This document shows, one piece after another, positions 62,735-64,000 of a stretch of DNA of 64,000 nucleotides. Under the pieces are notes generated by a model. The model was given only the letters and a program-made list of their open reading frames with translations, did not search any database and was not told where the DNA came from. The DNA comes from Callorhinchus milii (taxonomy: Eukaryota). How positions within the stretch are numbered: position 1 is the first letter of the stretch; every line of letters begins with the position of its first letter. The stretch lies in assembly GCF_018977255.1 (NCBI RefSeq), contig NW_024704755.1, forward strand, positions 5,022,001 to 5,086,000, in the 5' to 3' direction. Position numbers and translations under genes: made by a program.

Positions 62735-64000
62735 GTATGCAGGTCTATTCAACTACTTTTCTTCTTTAACTGTAGATATGATTGCTAGGCAGAGTTTCAG
62801 GAGTCGAGCAGAATTAATCAAATTCTCACAGAATGATTTAATATAATCACTGGCAATTGTAGTCACCAACATTATTTTTCTGGGAAACTGGTGTAAATAA
62901 AGATAAAGTGTGCAGGAAGTTTTAAAAAAAAGTACAGCATTAAAATTACTTGGCCCCTTCTCTGGATTATGGAATCTTTCCAGTGATTATAATTATCATA
63001 TGTCTCAAGCTGACACCATCTTTGTGAAGCACACTGCTATTTTTAAAATGCTACAGTGTTAAATTACAAATATGAGTATAATTATTCATAGACATTTGCT
63101 AAACTGATAATTGTTTCAGTATTTGAAAATATTACAAAAGTATTCTTGGTAAATGTTTTTATACTCTCTACTTTTGTCTTCTACTATATATAACTATCCT
63201 TAAAATAACAAATTAAATTTTCAGGGAACTTGTCTCTTGAAAACAAAACTTTTGTCTTATGATAACATGACTTGTTCCCTACCACGAGAAAAATAGTGGA
63301 TTGATAACTCCCAGATGAATAGAATCAATCATTTTATAGTAAAGCCTGACTTGAAAGGTCCGTTAAAAAAACAAACCATTTCCAAATCTATTGTTTACTT
63401 CATTCATTAATTGAGTTTGAGATTTGTTTTCAGGATTTGCTAATGGGTTCAGGTTTTGGGAGAAAATGTACGGATCCGCATTATCCTGTAGTGTGGTCAT
63501 TTTCCATTTACTTTGACATCACTAGATTGCTGAAATGCGCAATTAAAATTTGTAAATATTTGTGCAGCAAAATAAGGATTACTGCAGTGGGGAAGTTCTA
63601 TAACAATAATCCTGTAATCCCATCTCAGGAGAATAACTTCAGTTCCAATAGGTGGGTTTTGCACACTGCATGTTAATGAGCAAAAGCCCAAGTGTAGTAA
63701 GAAATAACCATTCCCACAAGCACCGGTTTGTATTTTTTTACTTCATTTGTTTTTGTTAATGTAATTTTATTTGAGAAATTTTTTGAACAATGTAAATTAC
63801 AAATTCAAAGAAGTTGTGAAGCAATTGCATAACCTTTTCAACATTGAATATAGCAAGTGGCAATGATTTCTGAGCAGCTTTTTGAGGGTCTTTATCTGTA
63901 TATCCATCAGAACCAGCAGCAAAGCCGTTGTGCACTGTAGAGTGCAGACGTTTCAACTTTGAAACAGTCATTAACGTACATTTAAATGCTTAGTTCGCTA

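Overview
Vertebrate genomic DNA, most likely a cartilaginous fish such as elephant shark (inferred from compact introns plus tRNA/Deu-SINE and L2/CR1 content; not proven). Five spliced genes were reconstructed by hand from splice sites and exon phases: the 5' part of WWP2 (-, C2 domain exons, runs off the left edge), complete TMED6 (-), complete TERF2 (-), complete CYB5B (+) and the first coding exons of NFAT5 (+, runs off the right edge). There are four GC-rich CpG-island promoters, five near-full-length tRNA-derived SINEs, many L2/CR1 fragments and one 321-bp assembly gap. Almost all ORF-track ORFs are spurious. I see no new multi-gene system. The best leads are: (1) strongly one-directional AT->GC change in repeat copies at the CYB5B CpG island, suggesting GC-biased gene conversion; (2) an old duplication plus three-level nested retroelements separating the head-to-head TERF2/CYB5B promoters; (3) a gene order inverted relative to human 16q22; (4) a GC-AG intron, a uORF and a 13-aa repeat in TERF2; (5) inverted SINEs around CYB5B exon 4 with an alternative-frame C-terminus. 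All comparisons with human proteins and gene order are from recall, not from a database search.
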